Positions 9,277 to 17,638 of a DNA stretch of 24,055 nt are shown here, piece after piece. The notes beneath the pieces were generated by a model that did not search any database, was not told the DNA's origin, and saw nothing but the letters and a program-made list of their open reading frames with translations. How positions within the stretch are numbered: position 1 is the stretch's first letter; each line of letters starts with the position of its first letter. Made by a program: the position numbers and the translations under genes. The DNA comes from Deinococcaceae bacterium (GTDB lineage Bacteria > Deinococcota > Deinococci > Deinococcales > Trueperaceae): contig JBDZWC010000036.1 of NCBI GenBank assembly GCA_040256005.1, positions 1-24,055 of the forward strand, written 5' to 3'.

Positions 9277-10215
9277 ATGGACGTCGTGCTCATCATGGCG
9301 CTGGCCTCCTCGATGATCCGCGCCACGACGCCGCTCCTGTTCGCGGCCCTGGGCGGCCTGTTCAGCGAGCGCTCTGGCGTCGTGAACATCGCTCTCGAGG
9401 GCATCATCCTCTTCGGCGCGATGGCGGCAGCGATCACGGCGCAGCTGATCGAGGCGCCCTTCGTCGCCGCGAACCGGGCGGCCAGCGTGCCCTACGCGCC
9501 CTGGCTCGGGGTGCTGGCGGGTGCGGTGCTCGGCGGGATCATCGGCTGGATCCATGCGGTGGTGTCCATCCGCTACCGCGCCGACCAGATCATCTCCGGC
9601 ACGGCCATCAACCTCATGGCCATCGGCATCCCGGCCGTCGTGCTCTCCGGCCTGTACAACAACACCGCCACCTCTCAGCCCATCCGGAACCGCCTGCCGC
9701 AGTGGGAGCTCTTCGGCATCGACCAGCTCTCTTTCAGCCCACTCGTCTACCTGGCGTTCCTGCTGGTGCCCGTCGTCTGGTTCGTCGTCTTCCGCACCCC
9801 GTTCGGCCTGCGGTTGCGCTCGGTGGGCGAGCATCCGGCGGCCGCTGACTCGCTGGGCGTGAACGTCTACCGGATGCGGTACGCCGGCGTCGTGATCTCG
9901 GGCGTGCTCGCCGGGCTGGGCGGCGCCTACCTCTCGATCGGGAACCTGAACCAGTTCGTGAGCGAGATGTCGGGCGGCAGGGGCTTCATCGCGCTGGCGG
10001 CGCTGATCTTCGGCAAATGGCACCCACTCGGCGTGCTCGGTGCGACGTTGCTGTTCGGCGCGTTCCAGGCGACCGGCGTCCTGCTGGGCGGCGGCTCGCT
10101 ACTGCCCGGCACGCTCGTTCAGAGCCTGCCTTACCTGCTGACGATCATGGTGCTGGCCGGTTTCGTCGGCCGCTCGATCGCTCCCAAGGCCGCCGGCAAG
10201 CCGTTCGTGAAGTAG
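9277..10215 (+). CDS. ABC transporter permease, nucleoside/sugar (NupC/YufQ-like)
   Basis: PLLFAALGGLFSERSGVVNIALEG, TPFGLRLRSVGEHP, GRGFIALAALIFGKWHP, terminal PKAAGKPF. Confidence 0.93.
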   Translation: MDVVLIMALASSMIRATTPLLFAALGGLFSERSGVVNIALEGIILFGAMAAAITAQLIEAPFVAANRAASVPYAPWLGVLAGAVLGGIIGWIHAVVSIRYRADQIISGTAINLMAIGIPAVVLSGLYNNTATSQPIRNRLPQWELFGIDQLSFSPLVYLAFLLVPVVWFVVFRTPFGLRLRSVGEHPAAADSLGVNVYRMRYAGVVISGVLAGLGGAYLSIGNLNQFVSEMSGGRGFIALAALIFGKWHPLGVLGATLLFGAFQATGVLLGGGSLLPGTLVQSLPYLLTIMVLAGFVGRSIAPKAAGKPFVK

Positions 10216-10221
10216 GCGGGC

Positions 10222-11763
10222 ATGGCTGCGGGCGGCTCCGTTCCCGAGCGCGTCGCCGGCGTGTTGCTGCACCCGACCTCGTTGCCAGGTGCGTATGGCG
10301 TGGGCGAGCTGGGCGCCGAGGCGCTCAGGTGGATCGACTACCTCTCGTCGGCCGGACAGCGGCTGTGGCAGGTGTTGCCGCTGGGCCCCACCGGGTACGG
10401 CGACAGCCCGTACCAGTCGTTCAGCACGTTCGCCGGGAACCCCTACCTCATCGACGTCACGGAGCTCGTCCAAGCTGGCTGGCTCGAGGAGCGCGACCTA
10501 GGGCCGCTCCGGGAGCTGGGCGCCGCGCCGGTGGACTTCGGCGCCCTCTACACCCGGAAGCTGCCGCTGCTCGCCGGGGCCGCGGACGCGTTCCTGGCCG
10601 CCGGGACGTCGCCGGAGTTCGAGGCCTTCGTCGCGGGGAACGCCGCCTGGCTCGAGGACTACGCGCTGTACATGGCGTCGAAGCGCGAGGCGGGGGGAGC
10701 GGCCTGGACGGAGTGGTCGGCCCCGCTCAGGCTGAGGGAACCCGCAGCGCTGGAAGCGGCGCGCGAGCGCCTCGAGCGCGAAGTCCTCAGGCAGCAGGTC
10801 TGGCAGCACTGGTTCGCGGCGCAGTGGTCGGCTGTGAAGGCGCACGCCGCACGGCGCGATGTACGTGTCCTCGGCGACGTGCCAATCTTCGTCTCCCTGG
10901 ACTCCGCGGACGTATGGGCGAACCGAGAGCTCTTCCGCCTCGACGAGGCCGGCCGCCCCACCGTCGTCGCCGGCGTACCACCCGACTACTTCTCGGCCAC
11001 GGGCCAGCGCTGGGGCAACCCGCTCTACCGGTGGGAGGCCATGCGCGCCGGCGGCTACGCCTGGTGGGTGCGTCGCCTCCGACACGCCCTGACGCAGGTG
11101 GACCTCGTGAGGGTGGACCACTTCCGGGGCTTCGCGGCCTACTGGGAGATCCCGGCGGACGAGCCCACCGCGGTGAAAGGCCGCTGGGTAGAGGGTCCCG
11201 GTGCCGACCTGTTCGAGACACTGCGCGCGGCCCTGGGCGGCCTGCCGGTCGTGGCCGAGGACCTGGGCGTCATCACGCCTGACGTCGAGGAGCTACGCGA
11301 CGCCTTCGGGCTGCCGGGCATGAAGGTCCTCCAGTTCGCGTTCGCTGGCGGGGCCGACGACCCCTACCTGCCCCACAACTACCCCCGCAACTGCGTGGCG
11401 TACACCGGCACGCACGACAACGACACGACGCTGGGCTGGTACCGGCAGGCTCCCGAGGTGGAGCGAGACCACGCCAGGCGCTACCTGGGCAGAGCCGACG
11501 CTGACGTACTGCCCGGCCTCGTGCGCGCCGCCTACGCGTCGGTGGCGGACACGGTCCTCGTGCCCTGGCAGGACCACCTGGCCTTGGGCTCAGAGGCGCG
11601 GATGAACACGCCCGGGAAGCCGGAGGGGAACTGGTCGTGGCGCTTCGCTTGGGAGGACGTACCGGGCTGGCTCGCGCCGCACCTGGCAGACCTGTCCCTG
11701 CTGTACGGGCGCGTGCCGGCAGGCGGCCCTGTTGACACGCCCTACCGGCAATCCAGCCTCTAG
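10222..11763 (+). CDS. malQ: 4-alpha-glucanotransferase (amylomaltase, GH77)
   Basis: GVLLHPTSLP, WQVLPLGPTG, SPYQ, GQRWGNPLY; catalytic motifs RVDHFRG, AEDLG, GTHDNDT; RMNTPG. Confidence 0.97.
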   Translation: MAAGGSVPERVAGVLLHPTSLPGAYGVGELGAEALRWIDYLSSAGQRLWQVLPLGPTGYGDSPYQSFSTFAGNPYLIDVTELVQAGWLEERDLGPLRELGAAPVDFGALYTRKLPLLAGAADAFLAAGTSPEFEAFVAGNAAWLEDYALYMASKREAGGAAWTEWSAPLRLREPAALEAARERLEREVLRQQVWQHWFAAQWSAVKAHAARRDVRVLGDVPIFVSLDSADVWANRELFRLDEAGRPTVVAGVPPDYFSATGQRWGNPLYRWEAMRAGGYAWWVRRLRHALTQVDLVRVDHFRGFAAYWEIPADEPTAVKGRWVEGPGADLFETLRAALGGLPVVAEDLGVITPDVEELRDAFGLPGMKVLQFAFAGGADDPYLPHNYPRNCVAYTGTHDNDTTLGWYRQAPEVERDHARRYLGRADADVLPGLVRAAYASVADTVLVPWQDHLALGSEARMNTPGKPEGNWSWRFAWEDVPGWLAPHLADLSLLYGRVPAGGPVDTPYRQSSL

Positions 11764-11764
11764 C

Positions 11765-12991
11765 TCACGACCTGAAGATGACGTCCTCGCGCGTGAAGTT
11801 GCGGTAGGCGAAGACCAAGAGCAGCACGATGACCACGGCCAGCGTGGCCCACGTGACGAGGATGCTGGAGAGCTCGGCAGAGCCCTTGACGATGTCGTCC
11901 ATCAGCAGCAGCGCGTTGAGCACAGGCACCATGTAGGCGGTGTCGCCGATGCCGATGAGGTCCTTGAACTGCAGGGCCACCGCCGGGATCACGAACAGGA
12001 AGGACAGCGGAGCGATGTAGCTCTGCGCCTCCTTGAACGACCTCGCGAAGAGGCTGATGCCCAGGAGCACCGCCGCGACGACCGCTGACAGCAGCACCGC
12101 GCTCATCAGTAGTAACAGGATGGAGCGGGCGTCCACCGACAGCGAGCCGCCCATCATCGTCACGAGCGAGTTGCCCTCTTCGCCCATGCGCGGCAGGAAG
12201 ATGCTGCGCATCACCCAACCGCCCAGCAGGTAGCCCGCGATCGCCGCGAACGAAGCGCTGAGCCCGAAGGTGAGCGTCGCGAAGAACTTGCCGACCACCA
12301 CCTCGCTGCGGCGCACGGGAGCCACCAGCAGCGACTCCAACGTGCCGCGCTCCTTCTCGCCGGCCGTGGCGTCGATGGCCGTCATCTGACCGCCGGTCAG
12401 GGTCCAGATCGCGATGAAGAACGGGATCAGCCACGACATCTGCCCGGAGGAGCGCTCCGCCTCCGAGGAGGCGTCAACGGTCGTGATGGTCACCGGCTCG
12501 AGGATCGAGCGGTCCAACCCCTCGGCGCTGAGGCGCCTCGCCACTACCTCTTGCTGGTACGCGGTGATCGCCCCCTGCAACTTGCCCGCGTTGAGCTCGC
12601 TGCGCAGGTTGCCCACCTTGCTGTAGACCTGGACGGCCGAGGTGCCGCCCGCCGCGATGCGCTCGGCGAAGTCATCGGGGACGGCCAGCGCGGCCGGGTA
12701 ATCGTCGTCGCGCACGGCGGCCTGAGGGTCCTCGACCTCGACCAGCTCGACGTTCTGAGCCTCCAGGGCGGCTCTCAGCTCCGCCGGCATGGCGGATCCC
12801 GCCGCCAGGCCGATCTGCGTCACCGTGGTGGTCTCACGCTCGAACAGACCGCCCAGCAGCAGTGGCATGCCCAGCATGATGACGGGCAGCAGGACGAGCG
12901 GCAGCAGGATGTTGGACATCAGCGCCCTGTGGTCGCGCCAGGTGGACAGGACCTCCTTGCGCGCCACGTCCCAGACGTGACGCCACCTCAT
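11765..12991 (-). CDS. ABC-2 type exporter permease, NatB-like
   Basis: 408-aa membrane protein with [22 protein letters not shown]...GK signature and [10 protein letters not shown]. Confidence 0.9.
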   Translation of the reverse strand: MRWRHVWDVARKEVLSTWRDHRALMSNILLPLVLLPVIMLGMPLLLGGLFERETTTVTQIGLAAGSAMPAELRAALEAQNVELVEVEDPQAAVRDDDYPAALAVPDDFAERIAAGGTSAVQVYSKVGNLRSELNAGKLQGAITAYQQEVVARRLSAEGLDRSILEPVTITTVDASSEAERSSGQMSWLIPFFIAIWTLTGGQMTAIDATAGEKERGTLESLLVAPVRRSEVVVGKFFATLTFGLSASFAAIAGYLLGGWVMRSIFLPRMGEEGNSLVTMMGGSLSVDARSILLLLMSAVLLSAVVAAVLLGISLFARSFKEAQSYIAPLSFLFVIPAVALQFKDLIGIGDTAYMVPVLNALLLMDDIVKGSAELSSILVTWATLAVVIVLLLVFAYRNFTREDVIFRS

Positions 12992-13770
12992 GCCGGCACC
13001 TCGCGCGAGACGTCACCGGTGTCGGTACGCGACACCAAGCGGAAGAACGCCTCCTCGAGGTTGCGAGCCTCGGTCTGCGCGGTGAGCTCTGCTACGGTGC
13101 CCTCGGCGATCTTGCGGCCCTGGTAGATGATGCTGCAACGCTGGACCAGCTCCTCCACCTCGCCCATCACGTGCGTCGAGTACACGACGGCCCTGCCCTC
13201 TGACGGGTAGGCGCGCACGAAGTCGAGGACGTTGCGCCTCGCCACGACGTCGAGGCCGCTCGTCGCCTCGTCGAAGAAGATCACTGGTGGGTCGTGGATC
13301 ACGGCGCGGGCGACGACGATCTTCTGCTTCATGCCGGTGGAGAAGCCGCCCGCCTTGCGGTCGAGCGTGTCGCCCAGCTGGAGGAGACCGTCGAGGCGCT
13401 CGATGCGGGCGTCGATGGATGCCTCGTCCATGTCGTACATGCGTCCGAAGTAGTGCAGGATCTCGCGGCCGGTCAGCCTGTCGTAGAGACCCATGCCACC
13501 GTTCACGACGCCTATGCGCGCCCTGACCTGCTCGGCCTTCGTTACGACGTCGAGACCCGCCACCGAGGCGGTGCCGGCGTCGGGCTTGAGCAGCGTGGCC
13601 AGCATGCGCAGGGTGGTCGTCTTGCCGGCGCCGTTGGGCCCCAACAGACCGTACACCTCGCCGGGCATGACGTGGAAGTCGAGGTGGTCGACGGCGACGA
13701 CCTTCTTGCCGCCCTTGCCGCCCTCGAACGTCTTCGTCAGGCCACGCACTTGGATCATGGGTTCACTCAT
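12988..13770 (-). CDS. ABC exporter ATP-binding protein, NatA-like
   Basis: GPNGAGKT Walker A, FSTGMKQK signature, IFFDE Walker B, STH. ATGA overlap with the permease. Confidence 0.93.
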   Translation of the reverse strand: MSEPMIQVRGLTKTFEGGKGGKKVVAVDHLDFHVMPGEVYGLLGPNGAGKTTTLRMLATLLKPDAGTASVAGLDVVTKAEQVRARIGVVNGGMGLYDRLTGREILHYFGRMYDMDEASIDARIERLDGLLQLGDTLDRKAGGFSTGMKQKIVVARAVIHDPPVIFFDEATSGLDVVARRNVLDFVRAYPSEGRAVVYSTHVMGEVEELVQRCSIIYQGRKIAEGTVAELTAQTEARNLEEAFFRLVSRTDTGDVSREVPA

Positions 13771-13962
13771 GCAAAGGCCATGCTAACTGACGCTGTCAGG
13801 CGTGCAGGCGACCCGGCATGCAGGCAGGGGCCGAGCGGCCGGCGCGGCGCCGCCTCGCTCTCCGCCGTCACGGGAGGACCATGCGGGCCGCCACGGCAGG
13901 TGCAGGGACCCGCTACCGGCCCGCCGGTTCGCGCTGGCAACGGATATCATCACCCTCACGAC

Positions 13963-14781
13963 ATGGACGCTCTCGACATCGCCGCCCTGGACGCCTATCC
14001 CTTGGTGCCGCGTGTGCTGCATGACGTCGAGGCGCCCGACCTGAGCACCAGCTTCGGGGGTGAGACCCTCGAGTGGCCCCTGGTGCCCCGCCTGCCGGCC
14101 GAGGCGCCCTGGGCGGAGACGCTGATCAGGCCCACCGGCGCCACCCCCGACCGCATGCGGATGGCCGCGGTGGACGCCGCCGAGGTCACGGCGGCCCGCC
14201 TGAGCGAGGTGCCGGCCGGGTCGGTCGTGGCCGTCATGCCCCCGAAACGGATGGCCGAGCTGGTACCCGAATGCAAGCGCCTGGCCGACCTGGGCGTCGG
14301 TGGTGTCGGCATCGACCTGGCGCCGCTGGCCGAGTCCGCTCCCTTCGGCAAGGAGCAGTTCCGCCCGCGTAGCCGTGAGGACCTGGCTGAGCTACGCGCG
14401 GCCGCGGGGAAGCCGTTGTGGGTGTTCGGCGTGGCGGGCGCCGCTGACGCTGAGGTCGCCGCCGAGGCGGGTGCCGACGTGGTCGTCATCAGCTCACGCC
14501 TGGGCGCGAGGCTGCGCGGGCCCGCCACGATAGACGTGCTGCCGGAGGTCATCGACGCCGTCGCCGGCATGCTCACCGTGGCCGCCGGCGGCCCGGCGCG
14601 GGACGGTGTGGACGTCTTCAGGTACCTGGCGGTGGGTGCCGAGCTCGTCGTCGTGGAGGGCGAGAGGCCCCTGGCGTCGGTGGCCGCCGAGCTGGCCTAC
14701 GCCTTCAAGCTCACGGGCTGTGCCACGCTCGCCGACGTCGGCTACGACGCGCTGTTCGCGCCGCTCTTCGGCGAGCCGTGA
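13963..14781 (+). CDS. FMN-dependent alpha-hydroxy-acid dehydrogenase-like protein, apparently degenerate
   Basis: 3' part of ORF 13294..14781. LVPRVLHDV..PDLST.F.G..L..P, GADVVVIS, PATIDVLPEVIDAV, GG..R.G.DV...LAVGA and EL...KLTGC match the family scaffold, but the catalytic motifs are altered. TATCAT at 13945-13950 upstream. Confidence 0.75.
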   Translation: MDALDIAALDAYPLVPRVLHDVEAPDLSTSFGGETLEWPLVPRLPAEAPWAETLIRPTGATPDRMRMAAVDAAEVTAARLSEVPAGSVVAVMPPKRMAELVPECKRLADLGVGGVGIDLAPLAESAPFGKEQFRPRSREDLAELRAAAGKPLWVFGVAGAADAEVAAEAGADVVVISSRLGARLRGPATIDVLPEVIDAVAGMLTVAAGGPARDGVDVFRYLAVGAELVVVEGERPLASVAAELAYAFKLTGCATLADVGYDALFAPLFGEP

Positions 14782-15368
14782 TCTCGTTCGTCGAGGGTGA
14801 GGTGGCCGAGGTCCTCGAGGCCTCCGTGGTGCTGCGCGTGGGCGGCTTCGGTGTCGAGGTACAGGCGCCAGCCTCCACGCTGGGCCACTGCCGGGTGGGC
14901 GAGACGCTGCGGCTGCGCACGGCGCTGATCGTGCGCGACGAGCAGCCCACGCTGTACGGCTTCCATGACCGCGACATGATCACGGTCTTCCGCCGCCTGC
15001 TCGAGGTGAGCGGCGTTGGTCCCAAGCTGGCCCTGGGTGTCCTCTCGGCCCTGCCTGTGCAGCTGGTGGCCTCGGCGGTCGCCAACTCCGATCCCGGTCT
15101 GTTGACGAGCGCGCCGGGGGTGGGCAAGCGCACCGCCGAGCGCATCGTCGTGGAGCTGCGCAACCGGCTCCCGGAGCACCTCACCGCCGCGGTGGGTGCC
15201 GGATCGCAGGCCGCGATCGGCGCGGCTGGGCAGGACGCGGTCGACGCGCTGCTGGCGCTGGGCTACCGGGAGTCGCAGGTCAAGGGCGTCGTGGCCGAGC
15301 TGCTGCGCGACGAGCCGGGGGCCGGCGCCGAGACCCTGATCCGCAAGGCGCTGGCCAAGGTCAGGTAG
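14778..15368 (+). CDS. ruvA: Holliday junction branch migration protein RuvA
   Basis: MISFVEG start, LYGF, HhH motifs VSGVGPKLAL and PGVGKRTAERIVVEL, C-terminal ALLALGY...IRKAL. Confidence 0.97.
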   Translation: MISFVEGEVAEVLEASVVLRVGGFGVEVQAPASTLGHCRVGETLRLRTALIVRDEQPTLYGFHDRDMITVFRRLLEVSGVGPKLALGVLSALPVQLVASAVANSDPGLLTSAPGVGKRTAERIVVELRNRLPEHLTAAVGAGSQAAIGAAGQDAVDALLALGYRESQVKGVVAELLRDEPGAGAETLIRKALAKVR

Positions 15369-15386
15369 CCTCTTCGCCCTGCCGAA

Positions 15387-16508
15387 CTAGGCGACAGCGG
15401 CCCGTAGTGCCTGGTCGGGCGGCGAGAAGGTCATACCGAACGCGTTGGCCACGCCCTGGTGGGTGAGCCTACCGCCGTACGTGTTGAGGCCCTTGAGGAA
15501 CGCGGGGTCCTCCACGAGGGCGTCGAGGCCCTGCGTGGCCAACTTCAGCACGTATGGCAGCGTCTGGTTGGAGAGCGCCCGCGTGCTGGTGTTGGGCACT
15601 GCGCCCGGCATGTTCGCGACCCCGTAGTGCACGACTCCGTCCACCACGTAGGTGGGGTTCTCGTGCGTGGTGGGTTCGATGGTCTCGATGCAGCCGCCCT
15701 GGTCGACGGCCACGTCCACGATGACCGCGCCCTCCTTCATGTGGGCGAGCATGTCGCGGGTCACCAGCTGCGGGGCCCTGGCGCCGGGGATGAGCACCGC
15801 CCCGATCACCAGGTCCGCCTTGGGCAGCAGCTCGACGATGTTCCCGAGGTTGCTCGTCATCGTCTGGATGGCGCCCCGGAAGACGTCGTCGAGGTACTGC
15901 AGGCGCGCGTGGTTGACGTCGAGGATCGTCACCCTGGCCCCGAAACCGAGCGCCACCTTGGCCGCGTTCGCGCCCACCGTCCCCCCACCCAGCACGACGA
16001 CCTCGCCCGCGTGGACGCCGGGCACGCCGCTGAGCAGGACGCCGCGACCGCCGTGCGACCGCTCGAGGAAGTGGGCCCCGACCTGAGGGGCCATGCGACC
16101 CGCGACCTCGCTCATGGGCGTGAGCAAGGGCAGGGCGCCGTTCGGCAGCTGGACGGTCTCGTACGCCACCGCCGCCGTGCCCGCCGCCAGCAGGGCGTTG
16201 GTCAACGGCCTGGCGGCGGCCAGGTGCAGGTAGGCGAACAGGATGAGGTCGTCACGCAAGTACCGGAACTCGCTCTCGACGGGCTCCTTCACCTTGAGGA
16301 CGACGCGCTGGGCCCACGCCTCCGCCGCGGAGACACCGGCGCGCGCACCGGCGGCCGCGTAGTCCTCGTCAGAGAAGCCCGAGCCCGTGCCCGCGCCGGC
16401 TTCGACACTGACCCTGTGGCCCGCTGCCACCAGCGCCTGCACCGCGCCGGGCGTGGCCGCCACGCGGTACTCCTGAGGCTTGATCTCCTTGACGACGCCA
16501 ACGTCCAT
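15387..16508 (-). CDS. ald: Alanine dehydrogenase
   Basis: KEIK..EYRV, KVKEP, YLHLAA, LLTPMSEVAGR, GGGTVG, DVAVDQGGC, VANMPGAV; AGGAG SD upstream. Confidence 0.97.
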   Translation of the reverse strand: MDVGVVKEIKPQEYRVAATPGAVQALVAAGHRVSVEAGAGTGSGFSDEDYAAAGARAGVSAAEAWAQRVVLKVKEPVESEFRYLRDDLILFAYLHLAAARPLTNALLAAGTAAVAYETVQLPNGALPLLTPMSEVAGRMAPQVGAHFLERSHGGRGVLLSGVPGVHAGEVVVLGGGTVGANAAKVALGFGARVTILDVNHARLQYLDDVFRGAIQTMTSNLGNIVELLPKADLVIGAVLIPGARAPQLVTRDMLAHMKEGAVIVDVAVDQGGCIETIEPTTHENPTYVVDGVVHYGVANMPGAVPNTSTRALSNQTLPYVLKLATQGLDALVEDPAFLKGLNTYGGRLTHQGVANAFGMTFSPPDQALRAAVA

Positions 16509-16573
16509 GCGACTCTCCTAGCGCCCGTCCCGCACCACTTTCGGAGGGCGCCCATGTTCTCGTCAATCAGCTG

Positions 16574-16579
16574 ACTGTA
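16574..16579 (-). promoter_or_regulatory. Candidate -10 box of the ald promoter
   Basis: TACAGT on the minus strand about 65 nt upstream of the ald ATG. Confidence 0.4.
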
Positions 16580-16657
16580 CCGTGAGGGGCGCGTTATTCC
16601 CGTGCGCGATGACGGCCGCGGATAACGCGATCTGGGCCCGCGCCGCCTGCGCCAAGG

Positions 16658-17638
16658 TCAGCTGAAGACCCTCAGCAACCGGTACGAAGGGCGCCCGTCC
16701 TCGGCCTCCGCCAACGCCACCAGCGCTCCCTCGCTGGAGAGCAGGGCCGTCCTGCCTGACACGGGCAGGTCGGGCCGTCGGCCGTGCCGGACGTCCGCCA
16801 CCTGGTCGGAGGTGAGGGTCAGCGTAGGCAGCTCCAAGGCAGCGACGGCGTATACCTCACCGGTCCTTCCGATGTCCTCCAGGTCGGCCGCCGTGGCCAG
16901 GTCGACGACCCCACTGGCCGTCCTGACGAGCCCCGAGAGGTACGCAGGCAGGCCCAACGCCGCGCCCAGGTCGCGGGCGAACGACCTCACGTAGGTGCCG
17001 GCGCCCACACGCAGCCTGAGGAGCGCCGTGCGGCGCTCGCCCGCCGCCTCGACGCCCGCGACCGGCTCGGGCGCCGGAGGGAGGTCGAACGCTCGACCAT
17101 CCCGCGCCGGCTCCCAGCGGCCCGGCGGTGCCCCTGGGGGCCTGGCGAAGGTCGCCGGGAGCTCGGCGGTGTCGGTGGCGAACGCCAGGAGCTCCAGGTC
17201 CTCGTACGCGACAGGGCGCGCGGGCGGCTCCTCCACCACGCCCCTGCGAGCCGCGGCGTAGCTGCGCACGCCCGCGCGCTTCACGGCCGAGAACGCCGGC
17301 GGGCGTTGGGTCTTCATCCCGAGGAAGGGCGGCAGCGCCGAACGCAGAGCCTCGGGCGTGAGCCGGGAGGCGTCGGCCACGCGGGTGATCGGGCCCTCGG
17401 CGTCGAGAGTAGGGGTCGCGGCGCCCAGCGTCACCCAGGCGAGGTACGTCTTGTCATGGCCGGTCAGGTAGCTCGAGAGCTTCGTGGCCTCGTTCGCCAT
17501 GACCAGGATGACTCCGGTGGCCAGGGGGTCGAGGGTCCCGGCGTGCCCGACCCGGCGCGTGCCCAGGAGGCGTCGCGCCCTGGCGACGACGTCGTGAGAG
17601 GTGAGCCCCAGCGGTTTGTCGACCGCGTAGAGCCGCAC
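16658..17638 (-). CDS. truB: tRNA pseudouridine(55) synthase
   Basis: VDKP.G.TSHDVV, GHAGTLDPLATG (catalytic Asp), PPAFSAVK, GTYVRS.ARDLG, LVRT. Confidence 0.96.
   Translation of the reverse strand: MRLYAVDKPLGLTSHDVVARARRLLGTRRVGHAGTLDPLATGVILVMANEATKLSSYLTGHDKTYLAWVTLGAATPTLDAEGPITRVADASRLTPEALRSALPPFLGMKTQRPPAFSAVKRAGVRSYAAARRGVVEEPPARPVAYEDLELLAFATDTAELPATFARPPGAPPGRWEPARDGRAFDLPPAPEPVAGVEAAGERRTALLRLRVGAGTYVRSFARDLGAALGLPAYLSGLVRTASGVVDLATAADLEDIGRTGEVYAVAALELPTLTLTSDQVADVRHGRRPDLPVSGRTALLSSEGALVALAEAEDGRPSYRLLRVFS

Noticed and set aside
7408..10023. 871-aa minus-strand ORF
   Set aside because: Antisense to the two permeases; low-complexity composition and no domain.
13294..13962. N-terminal half of the 495-aa ORF as a fusion domain
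   Set aside because: Antisense to natA plus intergenic DNA; family similarity begins only after Met 13963.
16509..16570. Glycine riboswitch in the ald leader (GGAGAG and CCGAA fragments)
   Set aside because: The fragments are in the wrong order, the region is too short, and the CUCUCAGG element is absent; GGAGAG is just the SD.
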